Below are positions 10,484 to 19,918 of a stretch of 64,000 bases of DNA, one piece after another. The stretch comes from a virus. The stretch is taken from the IMG/VR virus record IMGVR_UViG_3300019889_000007, positions 24,763 through 88,762 of that record. One strand, written 5' to 3'. The position numbers and the translations under genes are program-made. Every line of letters starts with the position of its first letter. Position 1 is the stretch's first letter. The notes under the pieces are model-generated. The model searched no databases. It saw only the letters and a program-made list of their open reading frames with translations, and was not told where the DNA came from.

Positions 10484-10816
10484 ATGGGAATTTCCGATAA
10501 GTTCAAGAAGAAACCGACCACCGCCACCACTGTCGCCACCACCGGCGGTGTCGCCGCCCTCGGTGTCGCCGTACTCAACGCCAGTTCGTTCCTCGACCCG
10601 GACCTGGTCGCCGAACTGACCGAAAAGATCAGCACCGGCGGTCTGACCGTCAACTCGATCGTCACCGCCGTCCTGGTCTGGTTCATCGCCAAAAACCGGA
10701 AGAAGGCCCACGACCTGCAAAAGCAGCTCGATGAACTCATCATCGACGCCGACACACCACCGGAAGACCCCATCGAAGACGACGACATAGCCGGTCCCGA
10801 CAACAAGACCGTGTAA
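10484..10816 (+). CDS. Small two-TM membrane protein (holin candidate)
   Basis: Two hydrophobic segments and a charged C-terminus; TAAACT -10 box 6 nt upstream; own terminator. Confidence 0.55.
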   Translation: MGISDKFKKKPTTATTVATTGGVAALGVAVLNASSFLDPDLVAELTEKISTGGLTVNSIVTAVLVWFIAKNRKKAHDLQKQLDELIIDADTPPEDPIEDDDIAGPDNKTV

Positions 10817-10832
10817 CCGTGGGCAATAAAAT

Positions 10833-10870
10833 GGCGACCCGTTGATCGCGGCAACGGGTCGCCGATTCTT
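10833..10870 (+). terminator. Intrinsic terminator
   Basis: GGCGACCCGTTG / CAACGGGTCGCC stem then ATTCTT. Confidence 0.7.
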
Positions 10871-10988
10871 CCGAAGGACCGGAACAAACAGAACAAGGCA
10901 TGTTCAATCTCCGATACTACCTGTCCCACCATGAATGCGGTCAACACCCGCAAACGTTGCGGCACACCACTTCCCCGACAGGAGCACC

Positions 10989-11537
10989 ATGCCCCCGCAC
11001 TTCTCGATGCGCGAACGCGCCATCATGTACGTCCTCAAAGACAGCCCCGAACCCCTGACCACCCAAGAAGTCGGCGACCGCACCGTCACCGGCTCCTTCA
11101 ACGCGGCAACACTATGGACGCTAGAACGGTGTGGCCTGATCACCGGAAAATGCCGGGCCTGCAAACCCCCCCAAGGCGTGTCCACCTTCGACCGGTCACA
11201 CTTCGAACTCCCCAGTTCACATGTGGGACAAAAGGTTTGGTCACTGAACCTGCGCGGATCGATGACCGTCGACCAGATCGACCCCGACCCCCAATCGCGC
11301 GCCGAACTCGTCGACAAGTGGCGCCACAGGCTCCGCCGCCGCTACATCCTCTTCGAAGCCGGTCTGTGGGCTTTTCTGATCCTGTTCAGCTACGGGATCA
11401 TGTGGTTGTTGTTCGGCCGGTTCGACCCCGCATCGTTTTTTGCCAACCTCGGCGGTGGACTGGCCGGGTTGCTGGGATGCAAGCTGTTCATGAAAATCTG
11501 CAAAAATCGACGTAAAGTCGACAAAAAGACAGGATAG
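10989..11537 (+). CDS. Putative membrane-anchored protein (wHTH-like N-terminus, two C-terminal TMs)
   Basis: AGGAG SD before ATG CCC CCG; PLTTQEVG...TLWTLERCGLI; two hydrophobic helices. Confidence 0.55.
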   Translation: MPPHFSMRERAIMYVLKDSPEPLTTQEVGDRTVTGSFNAATLWTLERCGLITGKCRACKPPQGVSTFDRSHFELPSSHVGQKVWSLNLRGSMTVDQIDPDPQSRAELVDKWRHRLRRRYILFEAGLWAFLILFSYGIMWLLFGRFDPASFFANLGGGLAGLLGCKLFMKICKNRRKVDKKTG

Positions 11538-11541
11538 GGAC

Positions 11542-12102
11542 ATGCTGAACGCAGCGACGCTGTACACCATCCGGCGACTCAAGACCGGCACCACGATCAC
11601 CACCGAGCCCGACGCCATGTGGGTCATCGACGGCGACGGCCACCCCGGACCCCTGTGGGACGGCCTGAGCGTCCACGTCGACGGCTCCAGCGTGTACGTC
11701 GAGCACATGGTCACCCCCGGCGGCAAAGACCCGGCAGGATTCAAACCAGTGGTCACAGACGACCGAGGCACATGGGGCTGGCAGAAACTGTCCGACACCG
11801 GTATGAAGATCAAAACCGCTGTAGCCGCCGCCATCAAAAACCACCATGGCCTACCGGTCTCCGGCTTCTACGAACTCATCGGACCGGGCATCGCCCGCAA
11901 CCCGCACAAACTCACCAAGCATGTCCTCAAAGCACACGGCATCGACGCGGACGACGCCGACGCATTCCCACAGCCGTTCCCGCGCAACTATTACGCCCTG
12001 GCAGACTGGATGGCCACGCACGACCAATACCTTGGCGTCGCCTGGTTCCACCGGGCAGACCCGTACTCCACCGTGCTGATGCGCAAGAAAGATTTCAAAT
12101 AG
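11542..12102 (+). CDS. Phage RNA-ligase-like protein (DUF5565-like) with degenerate catalytic motifs
   Basis: WVIDGDG, PGGKDPAGF, YELIGPGIARNP, HVLKAHG and KKDF match the family; motif I reads HVDG. Confidence 0.65.
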   Translation: MLNAATLYTIRRLKTGTTITTEPDAMWVIDGDGHPGPLWDGLSVHVDGSSVYVEHMVTPGGKDPAGFKPVVTDDRGTWGWQKLSDTGMKIKTAVAAAIKNHHGLPVSGFYELIGPGIARNPHKLTKHVLKAHGIDADDADAFPQPFPRNYYALADWMATHDQYLGVAWFHRADPYSTVLMRKKDFK

Positions 12103-12119
12103 ATAGAAGGAGCAGTATC

Positions 12120-12350
12120 GTGCCCGTCTCCCCCGGCACCGTACCCGAACACACCCATCCGGCGGTCATCGACGGATATATGGCGTCCATTGAGGACTTC
12201 TCACAGCGAGTCCTGACCGCTGAACCCGGAAGCGTTTACCAGTGGGACAAACTCGCCCAGCTCAAACGCACCGTCGAATACCTGTGGAACCACATGACCA
12301 CCGAAGAAAACCAGTGGAAACCACCGCGCCCACAAGCGAGCGCCACATGA
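12120..12350 (+). CDS. Hypothetical protein
   Basis: AAGGAG SD before GTG 12120. Confidence 0.55.
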   Translation: MPVSPGTVPEHTHPAVIDGYMASIEDFSQRVLTAEPGSVYQWDKLAQLKRTVEYLWNHMTTEENQWKPPRPQASAT

Positions 12351-12619
12351 AAAAATGCCGCAGCCACACCAATGCGGGCCGCCTGGCCACCACCTGGAAG
12401 ATAGCCTCAGCACTGGGATATCTGTTCGGGATGTGGTTCATCATCCCGCAGGATGCCGCCCCGATGCCGGTGAAGAACACTGTGGCCATGTGGGTCCTGG
12501 TGATCCTGTGCGTGACGTCGACAATTTGCGCGGCGGCCCACACTGTCCAACTCAAATACGACAGTAGCCAATGCCAATCCTGCCACCCGGAAACCCGGAC
12601 GCAACGGGATGTCGGATGA
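12347..12619 (+). CDS. Small membrane protein
   Basis: ATGA overlap; two hydrophobic helices. Confidence 0.55.
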   Translation: MKKCRSHTNAGRLATTWKIASALGYLFGMWFIIPQDAAPMPVKNTVAMWVLVILCVTSTICAAAHTVQLKYDSSQCQSCHPETRTQRDVG

Positions 12620-12936
12620 CTTCAGCGCCAAGACTTCTCTCAATCTACCATCGTGTACAGTGGAGTAACCTGACCAAGGTTCTGTCCAAAATGGATATTC
12701 ATCCTGAATCGGCCGGGAAAATTTCCGACGACCCCGACGCCGTCTATGAACTCGTCGTCGAAACCGACAGCGCCTGGGAAATCATCACCAAAATCCTCAC
12801 ACTGATGCGGCTGCGCGTATTCCGCGTACCCGTCCCACACCCCACCAAGGACCACCTCATCCTGCCACCGGACCACGAGCCCGACGAAGACGGGTACCGA
12901 AACTACATCGTCCAACCCATACCGGAAGAAAACTAA
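12616..12936 (+). CDS. Hypothetical protein
   Basis: ATGA overlap with the upstream gene. Confidence 0.55.
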   Translation: MTSAPRLLSIYHRVQWSNLTKVLSKMDIHPESAGKISDDPDAVYELVVETDSAWEIITKILTLMRLRVFRVPVPHPTKDHLILPPDHEPDEDGYRNYIVQPIPEEN

Positions 12937-12942
12937 TCAACG

Positions 12943-13239
12943 ATGAAACACCTCGTACATTATGGAGACAAGATTCTCTACGCGATGGTGCCCCTGTTCG
13001 TCGTCATAGAGTTCGTGTCCTACTTCACCCTTATATTGACACCATTCTATGTACTGGTTGACTGGCTGGTCCCACCCCATTTCCAAAGTCTCGCCTACGC
13101 ACCCGTAATGACATGGATAATCATCTCGATGTCCCGCTTCTACCAACTCCAGCCATGGTGCGGCGCGTGCAACGCACACTGGAGCGGCGAAAACGAACTA
13201 TCCCCACCACGACCATTTGAAGCCGACCGATGGAAATAG
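12943..13239 (+). CDS. Membrane protein with CxxC
   Basis: Two hydrophobic segments; WCGACNAH. Confidence 0.55.
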   Translation: MKHLVHYGDKILYAMVPLFVVIEFVSYFTLILTPFYVLVDWLVPPHFQSLAYAPVMTWIIISMSRFYQLQPWCGACNAHWSGENELSPPRPFEADRWK

Positions 13240-13574
13240 AACAAACCCCACCCACCTGGCGCGGCCTCACCACCCGATACCGCCAAGCACTTCGCACCAT
13301 GGGCGCCGACCTTCCCAACTGCCTACCCGGCGAACCCGCCGAATGCGGCGACAACGACATCCAACACCTGACGTTCTACCTCGCCGCCATCACCGCATGG
13401 GCCACCATCGACATCGGCCGCACCTACGACACTTTCGGCGACGACGCCATCACAGACATCAACCGGCACTTCGCCAACCAACACACCTACCTGACCCACT
13501 CCGGCGAACGCACCCTGCAAATCGACGACATCCTCGCCGAACTCTCCATAGCCTGGCAAGAACATAACCGCTGA
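13230..13574 (+). CDS. Hypothetical protein
   Basis: Coupled ORF with high C3. Confidence 0.55.
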   Translation: MEIEQTPPTWRGLTTRYRQALRTMGADLPNCLPGEPAECGDNDIQHLTFYLAAITAWATIDIGRTYDTFGDDAITDINRHFANQHTYLTHSGERTLQIDDILAELSIAWQEHNR

Positions 13575-13648
13575 CCAGGCAAAACGCTCCCAAATCCACG
13601 CACAGCCCCGAACAGGCATCCCCCCGGACCCGAACAAGGAGAAACCTC

Positions 13649-13975
13649 GTGTTCCGACCCGACGATGACCGAAAACTCGCCAACCGAATATCCACCCGCT
13701 CCACCAACAAACAAGGCACCACCGGCCCCCTACGCCAACTCCTGATCCACCGGCTCCGCCCCGCATACAAAGCCATCTGGCGCGTCGGCCTCAAAGACAG
13801 AATCCACCTAGCACCCACCAAAGGCCACATCTACTGCGAACCATGCAACCAATGGTTCCCCGCCAACTCCGGCACCGACGAATTCACATGCCCTGTCTGC
13901 GATCGCATGTACGTCCAAGAACTCACCATCTACACCTGCTTCGACGACCCGGAAGAAACCGATGACACTGATTAA
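13649..13975 (+). CDS. Zn-ribbon protein
   Basis: AAGGAG SD; CEPC...CPVC. Confidence 0.65.
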   Translation: MFRPDDDRKLANRISTRSTNKQGTTGPLRQLLIHRLRPAYKAIWRVGLKDRIHLAPTKGHIYCEPCNQWFPANSGTDEFTCPVCDRMYVQELTIYTCFDDPEETDDTD

Positions 13976-14261
13976 CTGGTGGTACCGCACCTGGCACCGA
14001 TTCAACACCACCCCTATGCACACGAGCACTTGGGAAGACGTCCATCGCTATGCCTGGTGGGCTCTTGGCAACGGCGTCGACGCCATCAACCAGGAATGGC
14101 TGATCCTGTCCACCCACTCCGAACAAGCGCGACACCAAACCATCAGCGACAACCCGCGACGCGTACTGGAACTGGCCAAAGTCAGGCGCCGCAACGGATA
14201 CACCGTCACAATCTACCGGCGCTGCAAGATCATCTCAGACTGGAAAGAAACCACAGAATAA
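13962..14261 (+). CDS. Hypothetical protein
   Basis: Overlapping coupled ORF. Confidence 0.55.
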   Translation: MTLINWWYRTWHRFNTTPMHTSTWEDVHRYAWWALGNGVDAINQEWLILSTHSEQARHQTISDNPRRVLELAKVRRRNGYTVTIYRRCKIISDWKETTE

Positions 14262-14325
14262 CCACCAGCCCCAAAGCAACCAAGCACTGCTGTAACACCA
14301 AACCCACTAAGCTAAAGTAACCACC

Positions 14326-14835
14326 ATGGGAAACCCAATTAGCGTCCGCGCCGAAATACCAATCACTGAACAGGAAATGATGACCGTCAAAGAAGTTTCC
14401 ACCCAGTTGCGAATCTCCAAGATGACCGTCTACCGGCTCCTCGAACGGGGAGACATCCCCTCAATCCGAGTCGGCCGGGCATACCGAATCCCCAAATTCG
14501 GCCTTCAACGCTTCCTCACCCAGACAGCCACAAAGGACCCGAAGTTATGCCCAAAATCGTGTGCCCCACCTGCGAGGGAAAAGGCTTCATCGCAGAAGAA
14601 AAAGCAGGTAAAAGCCCATTCGACGGGAAAATCGAACCCGTCCACACCACCAAAACCTGTCCACAGTGCAAGGGAAAAAAAGAAGTCAAGTTCTAATGAC
14701 TGGCATCATGTGCCCCACCTGCGGTGGTCTAGGCGGAACCGCGCGAGAACGCGCAGCACTCGGCCCAATCCGAGACCCATACACCCGCGAACTACTCGTA
14801 GCCGCCGGAACCGTCGGAACGCTGCAAGAGTTTGA
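14326..14835 (+). CDS. Excisionase-like MerR/HTH_17 DNA-binding protein with long low-complexity tail
   Basis: MMTVKEVSTQLRISKMTVYRLLERGDIPSIRVGRAYRIP. Confidence 0.85.
   Translation: MGNPISVRAEIPITEQEMMTVKEVSTQLRISKMTVYRLLERGDIPSIRVGRAYRIPKFGLQRFLTQTATKDPKLCPKSCAPPAREKASSQKKKQVKAHSTGKSNPSTPPKPVHSAREKKKSSSNDWHHVPHLRWSRRNRARTRSTRPNPRPIHPRTTRSRRNRRNAARV
14547..14696 (+). CDS. 49-aa DnaJ-type Zn-finger miniprotein (not in ORF track)
   Basis: AAGGA SD; MPKIVCPTCEGKG...TCPQCKGKKEVKF. Confidence 0.7.
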   Translation: MPKIVCPTCEGKGFIAEEKAGKSPFDGKIEPVHTTKTCPQCKGKKEVKF

Positions 14836-14911
14836 CAGATGCCGCACCTGCAAAGGCGAGGGCACCATACCATCCAGGTCAGAAGAATCCTTAAAGGACA
14901 GCAATGGTTAG
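14696..14911 (+). CDS. DnaJ-type Zn-finger miniprotein
   Basis: TAATG coupling; CPTCGGLG...CRTCKGEG. Confidence 0.7.
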   Translation: MTGIMCPTCGGLGGTARERAALGPIRDPYTRELLVAAGTVGTLQEFDRCRTCKGEGTIPSRSEESLKDSNG

Positions 14912-15341
14912 GCACATCCAAGCCATACTCGCCTACGGCCACGCCCTCGGCGACAACTACGGATTCGGACACGACAACAAGGATGTACCGGCATGGATGA
15001 TCCACACACTCGGCCCAGAAATAGGTGCTGAACAGGCACTTCGTTCCGCAGTCGGCTTCACTGAAACCGACTGGCGCGTTGAAGGCTACAACGACCGGCT
15101 CCAAGCCGCCGACGAACGCGTCGGCATGGAACTTGTCATCCATGGCGACCTGCTCGGCGGCGACCCGAACTACATCTTGGCCGCCACCCACACCGTCGCA
15201 GACCTCGGTGCCCCCGCCAGCATCACCGACCTCGACCCATCGGACAACTCCGACCGCCGCCTGGCATGGGCGCTGAAGGTCTTGGGCATCACACCGGTGT
15301 CCCTGAAACCACAGTGGTATCTCGCAGCATTGACCGGTTGA
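14904..15341 (+). CDS. Hypothetical actinophage protein
   Basis: AAGGA SD; followed by a hairpin. Confidence 0.65.
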   Translation: MVRHIQAILAYGHALGDNYGFGHDNKDVPAWMIHTLGPEIGAEQALRSAVGFTETDWRVEGYNDRLQAADERVGMELVIHGDLLGGDPNYILAATHTVADLGAPASITDLDPSDNSDRRLAWALKVLGITPVSLKPQWYLAALTG

Positions 15342-15352
15342 CCAGCATAGAT

Positions 15353-15383
15353 ATGGCGCCGACTTTCGCACAGTCGGCGCCAT
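15353..15383 (+). terminator. Hairpin terminator
   Basis: ATGGCGCCGACT / AGTCGGCGCCAT 12-bp stem. Confidence 0.65.
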
Positions 15384-15697
15384 GAACTTCCTATCCAACG
15401 ATCATCACCGAAGCAGACACAACGAGGATGAGCCTTGATACTAACTAGTGAAACACCACTCAGCAACTCACGCAAATCCCCACGAACACCCCGAAACGGG
15501 CATAAAGTACAGGGTGTGACGGACCAACGCCTCGACACCACAAACGGTGACGGCGACCCCACCCACTGGTCATACTGGACCAGCATCGAAGCTCCATCCA
15601 GCTGCGATTTTCCCACCAAACCAGCAGACAGCTTCATCACCAACGACAACCCCCCTGCATTCCCCCACACGCCGAACCCGTGACCAGCACAGAAACT

Positions 15698-15720
15698 CTT
15701 TGATAAGCATCCTTATCCAA
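15698..15720. other. Candidate tyrosine-recombinase core site (GATAA-N6-TTATC)
   Basis: TTGATAAG-CATC-CTTATCCAA palindrome upstream of the recombinase operon, at a compositional skew switch. Confidence 0.4.
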
Positions 15721-15736
15721 GTGTTACCCTTGGGGG

Positions 15737-16099
15737 ATGAGCCTGTTCAAAAAATCCCCACAAACCCGCACCGAGACCGAGATCGGGAAAGCAGCCGTCG
15801 ATCTGGTCGCCTCGTATCTGGCTGTCGAAGATCGGGAAGAAGTTTCAACCGTCGACTTCTGGAAGTCGCATCTGAAACCCAAAACCGAAGCGCAGCGCCG
15901 CGAACAACTCAGCGTTCTCGCGCTCATCCTCGCTGAAGCCTTGCAGGGATACGAAGTGTTGAACGACTACTCGGATGAATCCGAACATCTGTGTGATCTG
16001 ATGGATATCCTCTTTCACTCGATCGACGGTGTCGAAAACCAGGACAGTGCCCGATGCGATGCATGTGGCAGTGAGTTCATCGAGCGGGGTGACAGATGA
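15737..16099 (+). CDS. Hypothetical protein
   Basis: First gene of a coupled run leading to the recombinase. Confidence 0.6.
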   Translation: MSLFKKSPQTRTETEIGKAAVDLVASYLAVEDREEVSTVDFWKSHLKPKTEAQRREQLSVLALILAEALQGYEVLNDYSDESEHLCDLMDILFHSIDGVENQDSARCDACGSEFIERGDR

Positions 16100-16407
16100 C
16101 GGTCAACCAGCCGTGTGCGTGTGGTTGTCATCCGGTTCAGGTCCAGCGACGGCTGTTCCCGTCGTTCGCGAATTTTCCAGTCCTTCACGCGGCGACACAG
16201 CAATCGATGCTGGCGGCCAGGAAGGTGGCGATGGAAACGTATGACCATCGGAACCTGGTGTTGGCGTATCGGTTCGCCTGCTATTCGTTGACCTACCTGC
16301 GGCAGCATGGTGAAGGCAGTGAGGCGGCTGTTAAGGAGTTGGTCTCGGTCAAGGAACGGCTGGCGACGTTGATTGTTCGCGACTATCTGGAATGGCTTTT
16401 CGCATGA
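16096..16407 (+). CDS. Hypothetical protein
   Basis: ATGA overlaps at both ends. Confidence 0.6.
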   Translation: MTVNQPCACGCHPVQVQRRLFPSFANFPVLHAATQQSMLAARKVAMETYDHRNLVLAYRFACYSLTYLRQHGEGSEAAVKELVSVKERLATLIVRDYLEWLFA

Positions 16408-17543
16408 CGACGGCAGAGGATGGTCTGCCCGAGTTGCCCGATCTTGACGTGGGTGGCGGTGAGGTTCTTTCGGGCGAGATCGTTGTCAGCTCGGTCGGGA
16501 AGGTGGTTGCTCGACGAAGGGTGTCGGATCGTCCTGAGCCGCCGAATGCGCTTAAGGCGTTGACGGCGGCGGGGTATGACCTTGTTGTGTCGGGGGTCTC
16601 GGCCAACACACTGCGGGCGTATGAGCGGTGTTGGGGTCAGTTCAATGAGTATCTGGATTCGCGGAAGCTGGGTCGGTTGGATATTGCGCCGACACCGGCG
16701 ACGGTGATCATTGACTGGATGGCGTTGATGCTTCGTACGCCGACCAAGCAAACGAAGATTCCGATGGCGCCATCGTCGGTGTCGCAGATGTTGGCTGCGA
16801 TCCGGTACAAGCATCGTGAGATTCAAGGTTCGGATAAGACGTGGACGGTGCCGCAGTCGTTGTTGCTGACTCAGGCGTATCGGGGGTATTGCCATCAGTG
16901 GCTCGATATGGGGCATCGGGTGCAACAGGCGGAACCGACGTCGTGGGAGGATCTTGAGGTTTATGCGGCGGGGATTGATACGTCGTCCCCTCGGGGTAAG
17001 CGTGATCTTGCGTTGATCTTGTTGTCGTTTTGGATGGCGGCGCGCGCTTCCGACATCAGTGCTTTGTGGACTTCTCCGGGTGTGGACAACATCCGGTTGA
17101 ATGCGACAACGATGCAGTTGTTCCTGCCGTATTCCAAGACGGACCAGGCGGCTGCCGGGCAGTGGGTGACAATACCGAAGTTTGACAAGAATCCTCCATT
17201 GTGTCCTGTCAGATCGGTGCAGGCGTGGCGAGCGGAACTGCTGCAAGTTCGGCCCGAGGCCGGTAAATTGTTCGTGGAGATGCCTGCCGGTTTGCGTTCG
17301 GACTTCTACGCTAAAGGATTTCCTGGCCTTCAGCCGATGGCCGTCAGCGACGTGACGAAACGCTGGGCGAGACGGTTGGGGTTGGGTCAAAGATCGGCGC
17401 ACTCTCACCGTCGAGGTGCTGCGACGCGGGCTCACGAAGCTGGGGCGGATATTCCGCAGATCAAAAAGCTCGGTCGTTGGAAATCTTCTGACACGGTCAT
17501 GAAGTACATCGACGACCAGGCGTTTGAACACCCGTTGGCTTAG
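16404..17543 (+). CDS. Tyrosine recombinase, Cre-like subfamily
   Basis: RDLALILL...ARASDI, SKTDQ, CPV, HSHRRG, GRWKS...Y catalytic set. Confidence 0.93.
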   Translation: MTTAEDGLPELPDLDVGGGEVLSGEIVVSSVGKVVARRRVSDRPEPPNALKALTAAGYDLVVSGVSANTLRAYERCWGQFNEYLDSRKLGRLDIAPTPATVIIDWMALMLRTPTKQTKIPMAPSSVSQMLAAIRYKHREIQGSDKTWTVPQSLLLTQAYRGYCHQWLDMGHRVQQAEPTSWEDLEVYAAGIDTSSPRGKRDLALILLSFWMAARASDISALWTSPGVDNIRLNATTMQLFLPYSKTDQAAAGQWVTIPKFDKNPPLCPVRSVQAWRAELLQVRPEAGKLFVEMPAGLRSDFYAKGFPGLQPMAVSDVTKRWARRLGLGQRSAHSHRRGAATRAHEAGADIPQIKKLGRWKSSDTVMKYIDDQAFEHPLA

Positions 17544-17559
17544 GAAGAAAGCAGGGGTC

Positions 17560-18150
17560 ATGCCCGAGGATGTCAAAACGTGTGTCCAGCAGTTTGTGCT
17601 GTCGATGCGTGGCCGTATCGGTGATGTGTCGCACATGGCTGCCTTGAATTTGTCGTGCGCCGGGGATCTTGATGGCGCGATGGATGCCGTGGTTTCGGAG
17701 ATTGTGGCAGGGAAAGTGCTGCTGTCTGATGAAGAACGTCGGGAATTGTTGCAGTTGTGGGGCGAGACCGGCGGCAACGAACGTTTCGGGCGGCTGCCGG
17801 AGTTGGCTGGAGCTGAGTCAGTAACACCGGTTGAAGAGAAGACCTGGCGTGCCGAGGCTCAGGACTTGATTCTGTTGGTCAGCCGAGGGTTCATCTGCGT
17901 TTGTGATCATGAATCGTGTTTTCTTGGGCGGGGTGTCGTGGGGCATCGACGGATCTGCGAGTGCCCGAAGGATGACGATTACTTGCAGATCACCGCGACG
18001 GATGACTGGGGCGATTCCGAGTACGACAAGACCGCGTTTTTGAGACCAGTTGATGCACAGGAGTTCGCGGCCGATCTGGTTAAGGCTGTGCAGGCTGCCT
18101 GTGAAGTAGTCGATGAAGGAGAGGGCGAGTCGAGTGTCGAAGCGTCGTAG
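17560..18150 (+). CDS. Hypothetical protein (MafI-like helical N-terminus, Cys-rich C-terminus)
   Basis: ORF after the recombinase; weak similarity to the 58633 protein. Confidence 0.55.
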   Translation: MPEDVKTCVQQFVLSMRGRIGDVSHMAALNLSCAGDLDGAMDAVVSEIVAGKVLLSDEERRELLQLWGETGGNERFGRLPELAGAESVTPVEEKTWRAEAQDLILLVSRGFICVCDHESCFLGRGVVGHRRICECPKDDDYLQITATDDWGDSEYDKTAFLRPVDAQEFAADLVKAVQAACEVVDEGEGESSVEAS

Positions 18151-18163
18151 GCGGGATACACCG

Positions 18164-18739
18164 ATGGAACGGTCGCGGGCGGCCATCGCGGCGAAGTACG
18201 TTAGTGATGGCCGTGGGGGGTTGCGGAAGGCGTCGCCGGGTGAGGTCGGTGGCACCATGGCTGAGCGGATGGAGTATTACTGCCGGGAGTTTGTGCGCCC
18301 TGATATTCAGAAGAAGGGGTTCGGGGTTCAACACGTTGGTGGTGGCGGTGACGGGTTCCAGTACACGATTGGTTTGAGTCGGCAGGCTCCCGGCGGTCGA
18401 GAAATCCTGATCAAAGGTTTTCACGCCGATCTAGGTGCGGGGATTCTGTCGTTCCTGGGGGATCAACTTGTGGCTGGCCGGACTCGGGCGGCCGAGGGGC
18501 GGGTGATCCGGATCGGCCTGTTCGACGCCGATTTCACGTTCGTGGAGCCCACGGCAGAAGAGCATCAGGCCACGCCTGCGGGCATCGCTTCGGCGTACTA
18601 CAAGCAGCCGATTGTGCCGTTGCATGTGATGACGGCGGGGTGGCCGTGCGCGAGGTGCCAGCCGGGCGACTTCGACCAGGCGTGTACGTGCGGTTTCCAG
18701 TGCACATTTCCCGGGTGCGGTCTCAATGAAGGACAGTGA
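18164..18739 (+). CDS. DUF4262-like protein
   Basis: IQKKGFGVQHV...FQYTIGLS...EILIKG pattern. Confidence 0.6.
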   Translation: MERSRAAIAAKYVSDGRGGLRKASPGEVGGTMAERMEYYCREFVRPDIQKKGFGVQHVGGGGDGFQYTIGLSRQAPGGREILIKGFHADLGAGILSFLGDQLVAGRTRAAEGRVIRIGLFDADFTFVEPTAEEHQATPAGIASAYYKQPIVPLHVMTAGWPCARCQPGDFDQACTCGFQCTFPGCGLNEGQ

Positions 18740-19166
18740 CATGGAAGAGGCATGGGGTCGACTACAGGCTTTCTGTGCCCGCCAGGCGTTCCGGCGAGAC
18801 GGGGTGGCGTTCCGCAGTGTGCTGGATTCCAGCCAGGTCGCTTTTGTTATTCGGCGTCGGTTTCCCGCTACGGCCATGATCAACGTATTTCAACAATTTG
18901 ACGGGAACAGCAGTGTCCTGATCGAAAAAATGTACTCGCTGTCGATGAAGGCACCGATCGTGATGTGTCATATCGATGGGCACAACATGGACGTCGAGGA
19001 AACCGCGATGGCGTTGGCTGGGTGGCGGAAAGCCGTCAGTGTCGCGGCTCGCGTTTGGACCAGGATGGGTCGGGATTTCATGACACCGTGCGTGGCGGAC
19101 CTTGATGCGCTGGCGGCGTGGCTGGAGTCGGCCGATGAGGTTGAGGAAGACTCGGCTGCATGGTGA
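18726..19166 (+). CDS. Hypothetical protein
   Basis: Coupled ORF. Confidence 0.55.
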   Translation: MKDSDMEEAWGRLQAFCARQAFRRDGVAFRSVLDSSQVAFVIRRRFPATAMINVFQQFDGNSSVLIEKMYSLSMKAPIVMCHIDGHNMDVEETAMALAGWRKAVSVAARVWTRMGRDFMTPCVADLDALAAWLESADEVEEDSAAW

Positions 19167-19564
19167 ACCGGGATTCGTCGATAACTCAACGGCGAGTGGA
19201 GGAGCTGCGTAAAGAGCGGGTCCTGATCGACGGGGTGTGGGTGCATCCTAGGGCTAAACACGGTACAACCTATGGGTACAACCGGTTCTCGTGCCACTGC
19301 GATCCCTGCCGGGAGGCCAACAACGAGTACCAACGGCAGCGCCAACGAAGGCGACGTATAACGTCGGTTTCGGTTGCGGCACCGGTGATTCACCGGCTGA
19401 GTGATCCGGTCACGCGCGACAACGGCGTCACGGTGGACCTGTGTTGCCATTGTTTCGAGAACTTCCCGTTGGACGAGATGGAACCAGACAGCGGCGGTGG
19501 CTCTCCGTGGGATGTGTGCAAACCGTGCGCGGCCAAAGACAAGACCTATGGTGGGCAATACTAA
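19160..19564 (+). CDS. Zn-binding phage protein
   Basis: HGTTYGYNRFSCHCDPCREAN motif plus a second CxxC pair. Confidence 0.65.
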   Translation: MVNRDSSITQRRVEELRKERVLIDGVWVHPRAKHGTTYGYNRFSCHCDPCREANNEYQRQRQRRRRITSVSVAAPVIHRLSDPVTRDNGVTVDLCCHCFENFPLDEMEPDSGGGSPWDVCKPCAAKDKTYGGQY

Positions 19565-19568
19565 AAGG

Positions 19569-19907
19569 ATGGAATCGATGAATATAGATGAAAGATGGTT
19601 CGGTATGCGGATCAAAGGCCAGGCCGAACCGGTCGAGCAAGACTCCATGACTCTCCCCAATGGAGACGTCTTGAGGTTTCACCCCCAGAAACAGTGCGCA
19701 GGCGGGACATGTTGCCTGCACAACCCGTCGGATCACCACATGAAAGAGTGGCCGCTGAACTGGCGTGACGACCGGGGCCTGATGGAACGCATCTGCGAGC
19801 ACGGCGTCGGCCACCCCGACCCGGACGGCCTAGCGCACATCGTGGCCGTACACGGCCAGAAAGCCGCCGACGTCGAAGCCGTTCACGGCTGTGACCTGTG
19901 CTGCTGA
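19569..19907 (+). CDS. His/Cys-rich phage protein
   Basis: CCLHNPSDHHM...MERICEHGVGHPDPD...HGCDLCC. Confidence 0.7.
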   Translation: MESMNIDERWFGMRIKGQAEPVEQDSMTLPNGDVLRFHPQKQCAGGTCCLHNPSDHHMKEWPLNWRDDRGLMERICEHGVGHPDPDGLAHIVAVHGQKAADVEAVHGCDLCC

Positions 19908-19918
19908 TCGGAAATCGA

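Noticed and set aside
16404-17543. Classical integrase with attP/attL in the window
   Set aside because: The motifs fit the Cre-like group, and no tRNA-end duplication or host junction is visible
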